Positions 1 to 11,119 of a stretch of 64,000 nt of DNA are shown here, in pieces (the stretch's first letter is position 1; the number at the start of each line of letters is the position of its first letter). The notes below the pieces were generated by a model. The model worked only from the letters and a program-made list of their open reading frames with translations, did no database searches and was not told the origin of the DNA. Both the position numbers and the translations under genes were made by a program. The stretch lies in contig CAVZSQ010000013.1 of assembly GCA_963777955.1 (NCBI GenBank), forward strand, positions 288,001-352,000, in the 5' to 3' direction. This stretch comes from Calditrichia bacterium (GTDB lineage: Bacteria; Calditrichota; Calditrichia; JAJRVZ01).

Positions 1-532
1 CATTCCAAAAATACACTTTACCGGCTGTATAATTATAATAAGCAGCGACAAACGTCCATTGATTCGTTGGAATGGTAAATGAAGAGGCGGCGGTCTGTGC
101 CTGGTTATTAGCATCACGGATCAGAAATTCCAGATGCTGGCTGTTGGAAATGCGCAGGGCATAATTGGTGGTTTTGGGATTGGCATCCTGCTGCCCTTTA
201 TTAATTAAAAAATAAACATCATTTTCAAGAGTATCAGGATAAATCCAGGCGGAGATCCCGACATTTTCATTGTTGAAATCAAGATCAGCGCCTGGGTCAA
301 CTTTAAAATAATCACCGGGCTGGGTATTGTCCAACTGCAAATAATACACTCCCTGCTGCAATGGCAGTGAGTCACTATAATTCGCACTGTTCATCAATGA
401 GCCGATATTATCCGCCGTATCCCAGCTGGCCGTATCATTCCCGTTGTTTTCAAATTCCCAATGGCCACCTTTACTTTGCCCAAAACATATTTGCGAAAGG
501 CAAAAGATTATAATGATCAGACTATATCGCAT
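1..532 (-). CDS. Secreted LamG-like jellyroll (concanavalin A-like) domain protein, N-terminal part, runs off the window start
   Basis: Not in the ORF track. Manual translation from ATG 532: MRYSLIIIIFCLSQICFGQSKGGHWEFENNGND...ISAWIYP...NYALRI...NQWTFVAAYYN, i.e. a signal peptide plus LamG motifs. Confidence 0.7.
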   Translation of the reverse strand, partial: MRYSLIIIIFCLSQICFGQSKGGHWEFENNGNDTASWDTADNIGSLMNSANYSDSLPLQQGVYYLQLDNTQPGDYFKVDPGADLDFNNENVGISAWIYPDTLENDVYFLINKGQQDANPKTTNYALRISNSQHLEFLIRDANNQAQTAASSFTIPTNQWTFVAAYYNYTAGKVYFWN

Positions 533-560
533 CTGATTCTCTTTCCTGATACAGACTTGT

Positions 561-588
561 ATTACTAATTACTAATTACCAATTATAA
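561..588. repeat. Short heptamer tandem repeat (ATTACTA)x4, degenerate
   Basis: ATTACTA ATTACTA ATTACCA ATTATAA in intergenic DNA; the same unit recurs at 43149-43180. Confidence 0.6.
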
Positions 589-598
589 CTCTAACACT

Positions 599-1748
599 TC
601 ATTGCCGGCCGTAATTGGGCGCCTGTTCGACACCAATATAGGTTTTTAACACCACACCCACATCCCCCCAACCGGGATAGACAACATATATGGCTTTGTC
701 GAAGAAAGTCAGATAGTGCATTGGTGTTTCCAATTGTTCTTCGAACATTACCCCTTCGTCACCTTCCGCACTCACCGTAAACAGGCTGGTTTCCCAGGCT
801 TCAGGTATAGTACATGGTACCATCAGCATCGAATTCAATTCCAAGCGGAGAATCCCCTTCCAGGAAAACTTCTTCATTCTCCAGACCAGTGGCCGTTATC
901 TCATATTTCAGAATAGTACCATTCCAGATATCGGAAACATATAAATAATTCCCAAAAACACGCACGCATTTAGGACTGCCGATCGAATCGACATCCATTT
1001 GTGTCCCGGCCGGATTAAATGTCACGACCGCCCCGCCATTACTGACTACGTACATATTCTTATTCGCATCCCAGTCAAAATCGACCGGCGATTCCACCTC
1101 GACTACATCTTCAACAGTTCCACCATCAGGCGACACCCGTACAATCTTGCCTTCACCCTGCAGGCAAACATAAAGATAACCATCCGGACCAAATTCCATG
1201 GCCCCACTGATGGCCACCGAGGCGAACTCGGTTTTTTCAAGATCCGGTGTAATCTTATATATCACACCATCATTAGCAGATCCTACATATACATTTCCGT
1301 CGTCATCAACTGCTACTCCGTTAGGCCACGATATTTCTTCATCAATTCTTTCCACGGCCGGTTTGAAGGTGAATTCTAATTCGTTACTCCAGGACTCAGA
1401 ACCCTTAACACCTACCTTTATATTTACCGTTTCATCGGAAACATTCGGAGCCTGAACTTTTAACATAGTGGATGTTGCTTCCAGTACCGACCCTACATTG
1501 GCACCAAAAGCAACAATGTTGAATTCCGGCGTGGTATTAAAGCCCTGTCCGTTTATTGTTACGACATCCTTCAGATACCCCTCAATTGGGACTGAGTGAA
1601 TCTATGACGGCGGCAAGCTACCCCACTCGGGATTGGGATCGGGATTACCGCTATCATAAACAGGTTGATCCGGTCCTTCACAGGCCACCAACAACCAGCC
1701 AAGGAAAAGGGTACATGCAATTAAAGTCCATTGAGTTTTATGTTTCAT
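599..1748 (-). CDS. Lipoprotein with IPT/TIG domain and NHL/SMP-30-like beta-propeller (several frameshifts)
   Basis: ATG 1748 with GGAGG RBS; MKHKTQWTLIACTLFLGWLLVAC lipobox; VVTINGQGF (IPT). Joins ORFs 801..1466 (PNGVAVDDDGNVYV repeats) and 599..877. Confidence 0.7.
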
Positions 1749-1809
1749 TCTTTTATTCCTCCAGCTTACTCTTTGCTGCTTATTAGACTATGCCTTGGGT
1801 TAAATGAAA

Positions 1810-2811
1810 TTAAAATTTTAAAGTGATCCCAAACATCTGTACAGCATCGAAATGTTTAAATTGAATATACCCATAATCGATGCCCAGGCCTAAATTATCG
1901 ATCATATACTGTAAACCTGCACCCAGGGTCAGATCCTGTTCATCATAATTGGCCTTATACCCGCCACGCAGAAAGATCATATTTTTAAAACCGTATTCCA
2001 GGCCAAAACACAGACGTTCGGAGTAGTCACGGGGATGAATGGCATCGACAGCTAAAGTCACTTTATGTTCAGATTGTTGCATCCACAAGGAGGCCAGATC
2101 CATGGCCAGACCGAATTTAAAAGTAAGGGGTAGTGGATATTTTTCCTCGCGGTACTGCCGCTCCTGAGAGAAATTTTGCAGGGACATGGCCAGCCGCAGA
2201 TCTTTAAATCCGGTATTATAGATAGTACCGATATCCAGGGTCAGCAAGTTCATCCTGGCTGTGTACATCTTACCCTCACCCATCGTACCAATTAAACCTG
2301 ATCCCAGATTTTCATACAAATATTTCAGATTTCCGCCGATAGCAAAGCGATCGGATATCTTACGGGCATAGCCCAGACCTACTCCCCAGTTAGTCGGGGA
2401 GAAATCACCGGTCTCGACAAATCCGGAACTTGCCGCATCATCACGCCGTGTGCCATGAATTGTACCCCAGTCTACACTGGAAAAATTCACGCTGAAAATC
2501 CCGATATTGCCGGCCTCATAGGAGGCAGCCGCAGCATTTACATTAATATCGGCAATCCAATTAGTCTGAGACAAAAATACATTGCCACCCGTGGTATAAG
2601 CTATTCCGGCGGGATTCCAGAAAACCGAACTGGCATCATTAGCAATGGCGGTGAATGCCCCGCCCAGGGCACTGGCTCGCGGACCAACCGGAATGGATAA
2701 CCATTGCATTTGCGACTGGGCAATCTTTTTCATGTCACCGGCCTGGATTGCTAAAGAGAAGATCAATATCAAAATTACACTTAACAGAATATATTTTTTT
2801 ATGTCCATCAT
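1810..2811 (-). CDS. PorV/PorQ family outer-membrane beta-barrel (T9SS shuttle-like)
   Basis: QWLSIPVGPRASALGGAFTAIANDASSVFWNPAG motif, LRGGY, C-terminal F; GGAGG RBS before ATG 2811. Confidence 0.85.
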   Translation of the reverse strand: MMDIKKYILLSVILILIFSLAIQAGDMKKIAQSQMQWLSIPVGPRASALGGAFTAIANDASSVFWNPAGIAYTTGGNVFLSQTNWIADINVNAAAASYEAGNIGIFSVNFSSVDWGTIHGTRRDDAASSGFVETGDFSPTNWGVGLGYARKISDRFAIGGNLKYLYENLGSGLIGTMGEGKMYTARMNLLTLDIGTIYNTGFKDLRLAMSLQNFSQERQYREEKYPLPLTFKFGLAMDLASLWMQQSEHKVTLAVDAIHPRDYSERLCFGLEYGFKNMIFLRGGYKANYDEQDLTLGAGLQYMIDNLGLGIDYGYIQFKHFDAVQMFGITLKF

Positions 2812-2865
2812 ATTTCCTCCTGACAGAATCAAAGATTAAATTGATCAAATAACATATTTTGCATT

Positions 2866-4940
2866 CTAACGGATAACGACAAATTTTTCTATACTGCCAG
2901 GAATCGGTTTCTTGTCAATATCTTTGGCATTATCGACCTGCAGAATATAAATCCCGCTGGCTATCTGTTGATTATAGGCGGTAATCTGATCCCAGCTTTC
3001 ATCCGCACTGCCGGTTACATGATCAATTGTTTTTATTAAATCACCAGCTGCTGTAAATATTCGTAAAGTACAATAGGGTGGTAAATTGGCAAAAAGTAAA
3101 CGGTTTGACTCATCACCGCCAAAATTGTAGTCTTCTGCTTTCAAAATAAAAGGATTAGGTATAATCCGTGACCTGTTCAGCATTAGGACGGCCTGGTTCA
3201 AAAGCATAAGCAGCAACTTCAGAACGATTGGCATAGATTGAACTTTCCAGACCGCTCCCGTCTACAGCCGTGACCCCATAATGATAGGGCTGACCGCGTA
3301 CTACGTTCGTATCGGTATATGTGGTCTGGTCATTGGGGATATTATCAGCGATTTTTTCCCAGACCAGATGGACACCATCTTCATTCAGTTCATTATAGGT
3401 ATCGCACAGAAAACTTCCCAATTTACGATAGACAATATAATGATCCAGGTCTGGTGTACCGGTATCAAAATCAGGTACCTGTGACAGGTCCTGCCATTCC
3501 AGATAAATTTCCAGCGGACCCGAGGTCACGGTCAAATTCGGCGCCGGTAATGGATCCGGGATATCCAGACCATTATTCCAGGCCAGATTGGCCCGATCCA
3601 GGGAAGTGAACAGGGAGTCTTTACCGGAAGCCAGTAGAGCATTTTTAGCATCATTATCAAAAGTGGCCCCGGCAACACCACGGTACCAGTCACGCCATTC
3701 CAATCCTTTGTCTACCGCTACCTGCCTGGAAATTCCGTTGACCCCAACCGCATAAACTATTACCACTGAATCACCAAGATTAAAATTGTATGGACCAAAG
3801 GCCTGGAAAGGAAATTCATCCTCCTGTGCCGAGGCATCATCCGGCCAGCCGCTCTGATCTTCAACTGTCTGTTTCTCTCCGGAGGCTGCCCAATCCCAGA
3901 CAGTAGCATAACCAAAATCTGAATCCCATACATTATAGATACTTATATTGGCAATAATCGATACGGGTTGATTAACATCATCACTATGATCAGCCGGAGA
4001 GGTATCGACATGTAATGCGGCGAATCCGGCATAGGAGGAGGATACAAATTCAGCCGAAGGCATGAGGTGTCGATCCACCCTCGCCGGTCGCCCAGCGCGG
4101 ATCACCGGTATCATCAAATTCCTGGCCACCCGCTTCAAACTCAGTCAGATCGGGATAATCTCCATCCCAACCGTACGAAATCTGAAGTTGCCTGCCACTG
4201 GGTACCAACTGGTGAATTAAAAGTTTCATAGGTGGCCCAGTCATCCTTGGCTTCTTCATACCAGCGTGAATAGGTAAGGTAGGTTCCTTCTGCCGTCTGG
4301 AAACTGTAACCGATCAGGAAATATACATCTTCCAGGGTCTGACTCACATCCGTATCCGGTCCCGGATCCTCATCCCAATCAAAGGTACACAGATACCGGT
4401 AATAATGAAGCACATAATCATTATGCTGCGGATTACTGTAAGAATAAGACCGTTTGATCACATCAAATCCTGGTTGTGCTTTATAGCGCACTTCAATCAT
4501 CTCATCTGCCGGCAGAGCAGGATCAATTGTACCTGTAAAACGTCTGGACGAGACGCTGCAATTTGACCTTCGGTGAAAACCCATACTTCCGGTGGTTCAG
4601 AACGCCGGAATTCTTTTATACCGTATGGTTCGGTTTGATTATAACTTACCGGCCAAAATTGATCCTGCTTGAAATGTTCGGTACCGGTGGTATCAATCCA
4701 TTTACCGACTACTATAGCACTATTATAGAACACTATATTGGCATAGCGGAAATAATCCTGAGGCCATTCTCCGGTTGGATCCACATCATTAGTATTAATG
4801 GTTTCATTAGCCTCAATACGAAGTTTAAAATCTCCCAGGTTATGGGTACGGGTTTGAGCATAGAGCGGCCCATCCAGCAATACCGCCGCAACGAAAATGG
4901 ATAGACCGGTCAAAATTAATTTTCTTTTATATCTGCTCAT
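2866..4940 (-). CDS. Secreted protein with FN3-like domain and T9SS-type C-terminal domain (several frameshifts)
   Basis: Overlapping ORFs 4497..4940, 4141..4584, 4050..4259, 3155..4138 and 2866..3234 form one gene: signal peptide, PLPAPNL/YTDTNV...YHYGVTAVD (FN3), PNPF...LLFANLP...ASGIYI tail. Confidence 0.7.
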
Positions 4941-4981
4941 ACGTTTTATGCTCCTTTCATTATCTATCCGTATTGAATTGG

Positions 4982-7900
4982 TTATAATTGAATCTTGAGA
5001 CCAAAAAAGATATCGCGGGGATTGACAAACTGTGACCAGTTATTCCAGCCTAAATCGATGTAATCCTGTTTGTAATCACCTAACTTGTCGTTCCCCTTTT
5101 GGGCACCCGTTTCCCACGGAAAATGGAGGGAGTCCACATATTTGTTCCAGAACATGGGATTGGGAAATCCTTTAAAATTAAACAGGTTCTTGACCTGCAT
5201 ATAGAAACTAAAGCGCCTGCTACTGATCATAAACCGTTTTTCCAGCAGAATATCGGTATTCCACCAGTCAATATTATCTGCCCAGTGGCTGTTCAGCCAG
5301 CGGAGCATCCTGATTCATCAGTGTTTTCCCGCCCGCGGACCAGTCTTGCAGAATATTCAGGTACCAGTTACCCAGCAATTTCTGTCCTAACAGTTCCGGA
5401 CCAAATTCTGCCGGTGTACGAAAAGTAAGATTGGCAATCAGCGAAGGAACGGGGTATTCATAATTCTGGGTAGTGTTCTCACGTTCCTCGGTCAGCTCAG
5501 TTGCCGGTCTTCATAAATATTGAGCCAATCCGGTATAGCCGGTGCTTTTTACCAGATATTCCATGGAAACATATCCATACCACCAGCGGCCGACCCGCTT
5601 TTCCAGTTTAAGTTCCAGTCCCCTGATGTCGGCATAACTATTGTTGGCATAGGTGTTAATTACATAATTATCAAAAGATACGATTTCCTGACTGCTGAGC
5701 TGGTTGGACACGTCCTTATAATATCCCATAAAACGAATCAGATAATCGTTGGCCACACTCTGCTCAATACCGAGTTCGTACAGATATCGTCCGCGGCCAT
5801 TCTGCCCGGATATTGGGAATATCGGCTGTAGTCTGGCCGGTTGGCCGTACCAGATACAACTGGTCATTGACCGGAGGCTGATAAAAATGGCCGTAATTAA
5901 AGAAGATTTTACTGGTATTGGTGACCGGATGGGCAATACCCAAACGCGGACTTACGTACAGTTTATATGCCGGATCAGAAGTTTGTTCATTGGAGAAATT
6001 ATATCCGGATGCCACAAAATTCAGACGAGTATACGGTAATTGGCTGAAAATATAATTAGGATCAAGATTAAACGGGGAAACACCCGGTTGCAGATAATCC
6101 AGGCGAACACCAAAATTAGCAATCATACCTTCATATTCAAGTTTATCCTGTAGATAAGCATTCATTTTTACCGGGGAAGTATCATAGTGCCACCATACAT
6201 CCGGATTCTCCTGATAGGGTTGGGTCGTATAGCCATGATTGATCTCTCTACGCTCTTTGAATTCGGTGTATTCAATACCAAAACCGGCCTGGAACTGGTT
6301 ATGCCGGTCAATCTGTGAAACCAGATTAGCACCCAGTTTAACACCCCAGTACCATGAATGATCCTGACCGCGACCTCCACCGGACATCAGGAAATCATTT
6401 ATGATTATCGTACTTCTCAGTAATCCCCTGACCCAACTGGCTGCCGACGTAACCCCATGGTGCTTCATCAAACAACTGTCCGCCAATTTCTTTTATCTTG
6501 GTAGTATCACGCAGCCCGATTGGTTCCTGTTTATTCCGGTAATTGGTGTATTCAAGACTCACATCATAAAAAGTTTTGGTACTCAGAACATGATTCAGTG
6601 TTATGCCGCCATTATACATGACCGTTTGAATCGGATTAAAATTGGCATTACACCACATGTAGCGAATGGACTGGATATCGGTTACCACCCCCTGGGCATA
6701 TTCCACCCCTTGGCGGTTCCCGGTGATAAGGCCGTTGGTATCATTATAGATCGAGCCACCCACCCCATTGACCACCATCAGGTTATTATTAAATGATATT
6801 TTCATTTGCGGGCTCAAGTGGGTAGTTAATTTTAAAAGTGTGGTGCTGGCAATGGAATTATTGCGGCTGAACGGATAAGCTAATTGCAGATTTTCATAAC
6901 GCTGGGACAACATGAAAGTCACCGGCGTATGCGGTATGGGACCGCTGAAAGCCGCGTCCAGAATATAATCAGGCTTGTCTGAATATTTGCGGATGCGGTG
7001 TTGCCATTTCCAGACATCCAGCAGTGCCTGGGGAGTCATATCATTGGCCGGATCCGGATCTGATAGAAACTGGCGGGCTACTTCATTCCAGCCGATAAAT
7101 GTAAACGGATATTGCCCAGCATCGACCATCTCCTGGGTTATACCGGTATAAGCATCCTTACCGGAATAGACCTGCCAGAAGGGCCCATCAGTGCTGTAGG
7201 GACTGGGACCAAAATGCTTGCGCGCCGCGGGACTGATCCTGGCATCGATATTGACCGAATAGCGGTCGGGACTTCCTTCTTTGGTAACGATATTTACCAT
7301 ACCTGAGCGGATATCACCATATTCAGCATTGAATCCACCGGTCAGAATTTCGATTTCCTCAATAGCCGAAAGATTAAGGTTGGTCATCGGTTGTTGATTG
7401 CGCTCATTCCTGGTGGAAAGCCCATCCACGACAATATCGGTTTCATTTAAATCACCGCCACGTACCAGAATACCGGAACCATTCTGACTGGCGGTCAGAA
7501 TAATTCCTGCTTCTGCCGAAAGCACCTCTTCAAAATTATCAACCGGACGGCTTTCAATATTTTGCACCGATATCACCGTCTGGCTCGATGAGACATCCAT
7601 CTGGATGGGCGGTCGCTGTGCTTGAATGGTAATAGTTTCGCCCTGGATGGTCTCCGCTCTCATACCGAAATTCAGGGTTGTAGTCTGGTTTATATTAACG
7701 TCGACTTTTTCCTGAATAACTGTCGCATAACCGACCATCTGAGCCTTGACCGTGTATACTCCCGGACGCAGGTTGATAATATAATAATAGCCATCCAGGT
7801 CAGTTGCGGCACCCAGGGTGGTGCCTTCAATAATGATATTAACTCCGGTCAACGGTTCTTTGGTAGCAGTATCGACAATCCTGCCGGAAATTTTTCCCAC

Positions 7901-7987
7901 TGGTGCCGACCAGAGACAGGCTGGCAAAACCAGCATGATCAGCAGAACAGTGATAACAAAAAAATGGTCGTTAAAATGTTTTTGCAT
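4982..7987 (-). CDS. TonB-dependent receptor with carboxypeptidase-regulatory-like N-terminal domain (several frameshifts)
   Basis: GKISGRIVD...GAATDLDGYY; plug motif IEEIEILTGGFNAEYG..SGMVNIVTKEG; barrel motifs YLQDKLEYEGMIANFGVRLD, SPRLGIAHP, NPRDIFFGLKIQL across ORFs 6395..7987, 5764..6486, 5511..5936, 4982..5308. Confidence 0.85.
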
Positions 7988-8079
7988 AGGAGTACCTCCA
8001 TTTATTCATTAATCCTGTTAAATCAAATTTATGTCGCTGGATGCACCATGCTTATTCAGGCGATCCATAATCCTTATTT

Positions 8080-9441
8080 TTATTGATTCGATATATTCAG
8101 ATCATTCTGCCAATTTCCATTCTGATACTCATTGGGATGGGTGGAATGAGCGAGTACGTAATTTCCATACCCGGATCGGTCAACGAATATAAACTCGGTC
8201 TGCCCGTTGATGGTATAAATCCAGGTTTCAACAGCCTGAATTGTATTGGAAAATGAAGGCTCGCGCTTGACCTCCAGCGGTGCACCATAGGTGAGGTAGA
8301 TGCGGGCCATGTCGGAATTCAAACCGCCATTAAAAGATTTTTCACAAAAGGTAATACGCCTGAAGTATTCTTCCATAAATTCATTCTGTGCAGTAGCCGG
8401 ATCAGGATCCCTGGACTTCCAGAATGATATTAAAAATTGCTGTTTGCCAAAGGCATCCAGTTGCCGGAAAATTTTCTTTTCCTGGTCGGTGGTGATAAAT
8501 CGTAGCTGGTCGGTATAACGCTGGATGTCAGCGTTACTCATCGGCAGCACCAGGCGTGATTCACTCTCATCACTGTAAACCGAAAAATAGGCCGAGGACA
8601 TGCAATTCTGCTCTGTGGCCGAATCGACCACCCTCAGGTTCAGTTTAAACAAACCGGTATTAAAACCGGTTAGAGGAATTTTCTCTACCCGGGCTATACT
8701 GGCCGATTTTTTGACCAGTCCCTCCCGGAGCTGGCTCCAGATTTCCTTGCCGGACAAATCGGTGACGGTATAATGAACATCATAGTAGGAGGGTTTTTCC
8801 GCAGTATAAGAGAAATGATTGATTTCATAGTAGATATAGATATTGGTCTCCGCTGCATTATTGCCATAAGCACGGGCCGGATTAGGAATCATCTCCCAAC
8901 CGTTTTTTTCAAATGTACTCTGCCGGGAAGATTTCTGCAATTGATGAATAAAAGAAATATCGCTTAAGGAATAAGATTGCGGGAACGAACGAATCTCCAT
9001 TTTCTGTGCAATCCGGCCCGATCTGCCGGTCGCCGAGTCTGAAATATCCAGGGTAAAGTCGATCATTCCCGGTTTCAATTGCTCTCGTTTCAGATCGATG
9101 TAAATATTGGTATGCTGATCAGATATCAATGGTACGGTTTTAATCTCTGAATTGCGAATAACTGAATCAGGCGGTTGAGGTACAATCGAAAGTTGAATTT
9201 GCAGGGTAGCCGTTTTATTATCTGCATCCGCTGCTGACCATAATTGCTTTAAATCTACAGCATAGGAAATTTCTACAAGTGTTTTATTATCCTTATCTTC
9301 AAACTGGCAGATATCGGAGTAGAAGTTAAGTGAACCCGTACTGGGCAGGGAAGTGTTCCAGCTCGGAATGGCCAGGTCGTCAGCCCGCAGCTGATAACAG
9401 AGGATAAAGCCGGAAAAGCAGAGTAGCCAAAAACTTCTCAA
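8080..9441 (-). CDS. GWxTD domain-containing protein
   Basis: FWKSRDPDPATAQNEFMEEYFRRI...GLNSDMARIYLTYGAP...ETWIY...FIFVD; signal peptide; TTG start. Confidence 0.8.
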   Translation of the reverse strand: MRSFWLLCFSGFILCYQLRADDLAIPSWNTSLPSTGSLNFYSDICQFEDKDNKTLVEISYAVDLKQLWSAADADNKTATLQIQLSIVPQPPDSVIRNSEIKTVPLISDQHTNIYIDLKREQLKPGMIDFTLDISDSATGRSGRIAQKMEIRSFPQSYSLSDISFIHQLQKSSRQSTFEKNGWEMIPNPARAYGNNAAETNIYIYYEINHFSYTAEKPSYYDVHYTVTDLSGKEIWSQLREGLVKKSASIARVEKIPLTGFNTGLFKLNLRVVDSATEQNCMSSAYFSVYSDESESRLVLPMSNADIQRYTDQLRFITTDQEKKIFRQLDAFGKQQFLISFWKSRDPDPATAQNEFMEEYFRRITFCEKSFNGGLNSDMARIYLTYGAPLEVKREPSFSNTIQAVETWIYTINGQTEFIFVDRSGYGNYVLAHSTHPNEYQNGNWQNDLNISNQ

Positions 9442-9493
9442 AATTGAACTCCGATAAGTTGGAAACGCATTTTAAAATTTCTAATAAGATTAT

Positions 9494-10735
9494 TCAAGTG
9501 CCTTTGACCTGTCTTATATCCGTACAAATTTCAGCAGAATCAGTTAGACTGGGCTGCAATTGGATCTTTTGATAAGGATATATCTGAACCCCCTGGACCA
9601 CACGGGTAATTGCGCCGCTGGCCGAAGGATTATCAGGTTTTAAACCATATAATAAGGATTTAAAAAAACCGAGTATCTGCGCCGGCAAAACACTGCAAAT
9701 AGCCAGGACTTCTTCATCCAGCCGTGAACTATTTCCGGAGAGTACAATTTTCAGATCCAGCTTTATTTTTTCAATATTCTTTTCCATGATGCCGATGCGA
9801 TATATGCCCTTTTCACCATTATCGATGGCACTGACCAGGTCTAACTCATATTTTCTGACGTAGGGATCATTAGAAAACAAAAATACCAGCAACGTCTCCT
9901 GATCAACCACCGCCCGCGGCCCATGCCGGAAACCCAGATAGGAATCGTGCTTACATATAACTTTCCCGTCGGTCAATTCCTGTAATTTCAGGTGCGATTC
10001 CCGGGCCACTCCCTGCAATGGTCCCGAACCCAGGAAGACTGCCCGTTTAAAATTTATCGCAGCAGCTTGCCTTAGCTGAACCAGGTGATCAGATAAGATT
10101 ATACGTCCATACTTCGCCAGATCTTCAACCTGCGTTTTAAGGGCAGCCAGACAATGCATTCGTGAGATCAATAAGCCAGCCAGGAACATGGCAGAAAAAC
10201 TACCGGTCATGGCCAGACTCTGGTCATCTGCTTCAGGCGGCAGAACAAAGATAAAACTGTTCTTGCGCCGGGTATCCCTGGCCAGGATTCCTTCCGCATT
10301 GCAGGTGATAACCAGGTGATATACGTCGGTGCTCAGTAAATCTGCCCATTTCACTGCAGCAATGCTTTCAGGACTGTTGCCGGAGCGTGCAAAAGAGATC
10401 ATTAAAACAGGAGTGTTCCCGGGAATGTACAATTCAGGGTGAGAAACCAGATCAGTAGTCGGTACCGCCTTGGTGCACCGGCCGGTATTTTTATGGATCG
10501 GCCCTTGTAAGGCTTCACCGATAAAAGCCGATGATCCCGCCCCGACCAGGATAATTTCGAGATTGGTCTTGGCCAGCACAGGATCCAGGAATTCATTCAA
10601 GGATTTTGCCTGTTTGTCAACGACCTCCCAGGTCTTCAGCCACAATTCGGGTTGGCCCTGAATTTCCCTGGCAGTATGAATTGCCCCCATACTAATTAAT
10701 CGATCTTCAGGTAGATTCAGGTAGGAAGGATTCAT
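9494..10735 (-). CDS. agaS: SIS-domain D-galactosamine-6-phosphate deaminase/isomerase
   Basis: HTAREIQGQP, GAGSSAF, ISFARSGNSPES, AMTGSFS, LKLQELTDG, GFRHGP, PDNPSASGAITRVVQGV. Start moved to ATG 10735 because the upstream ATG lies inside a consensus promoter. Confidence 0.88.
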   Translation of the reverse strand: MNPSYLNLPEDRLISMGAIHTAREIQGQPELWLKTWEVVDKQAKSLNEFLDPVLAKTNLEIILVGAGSSAFIGEALQGPIHKNTGRCTKAVPTTDLVSHPELYIPGNTPVLMISFARSGNSPESIAAVKWADLLSTDVYHLVITCNAEGILARDTRRKNSFIFVLPPEADDQSLAMTGSFSAMFLAGLLISRMHCLAALKTQVEDLAKYGRIILSDHLVQLRQAAAINFKRAVFLGSGPLQGVARESHLKLQELTDGKVICKHDSYLGFRHGPRAVVDQETLLVFLFSNDPYVRKYELDLVSAIDNGEKGIYRIGIMEKNIEKIKLDLKIVLSGNSSRLDEEVLAICSVLPAQILGFFKSLLYGLKPDNPSASGAITRVVQGVQIYPYQKIQLQPSLTDSAEICTDIRQVKGT

Positions 10736-10777
10736 AGATAGCCTGTTGCTTAGATACTTATAAAATCTTTCGCGCAA

Positions 10778-10806
10778 ATTATAATTCATTATTTATTAAA
10801 TGTCAA
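10778..10806 (-). promoter_or_regulatory. Perfect sigma70 promoter for the agaS-led operon
   Basis: Minus strand reads TTGACA-(17 nt)-TATAAT, about 40 nt upstream of ATG 10735. Confidence 0.8.
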
Positions 10807-11119
10807 CACCTTTTTTTTCCTATTTATTGGATATTTTCAGATTTTATAACCAATCTTAAAAAAGAATAAATAGGATTAACTTATGCTAAGGCCGTACTCA
10901 TATACGGATGAGAATGAACACCTGCCAGCAGAGATGACTATTACTAATTATTTAGACATTAATTAACAAGGAGTTACGACCAGGAATCAGTAAACCACGA
11001 TTCTTTGGTTCACAGCTCTAATGAAAATAATTCTTGTAAATATTAATACTTATAATTTATATTTGTAATGTTTTGAAAGATAGACTCAATATTCCCGAAA
11101 GTATTCGTAAGATAATTCA

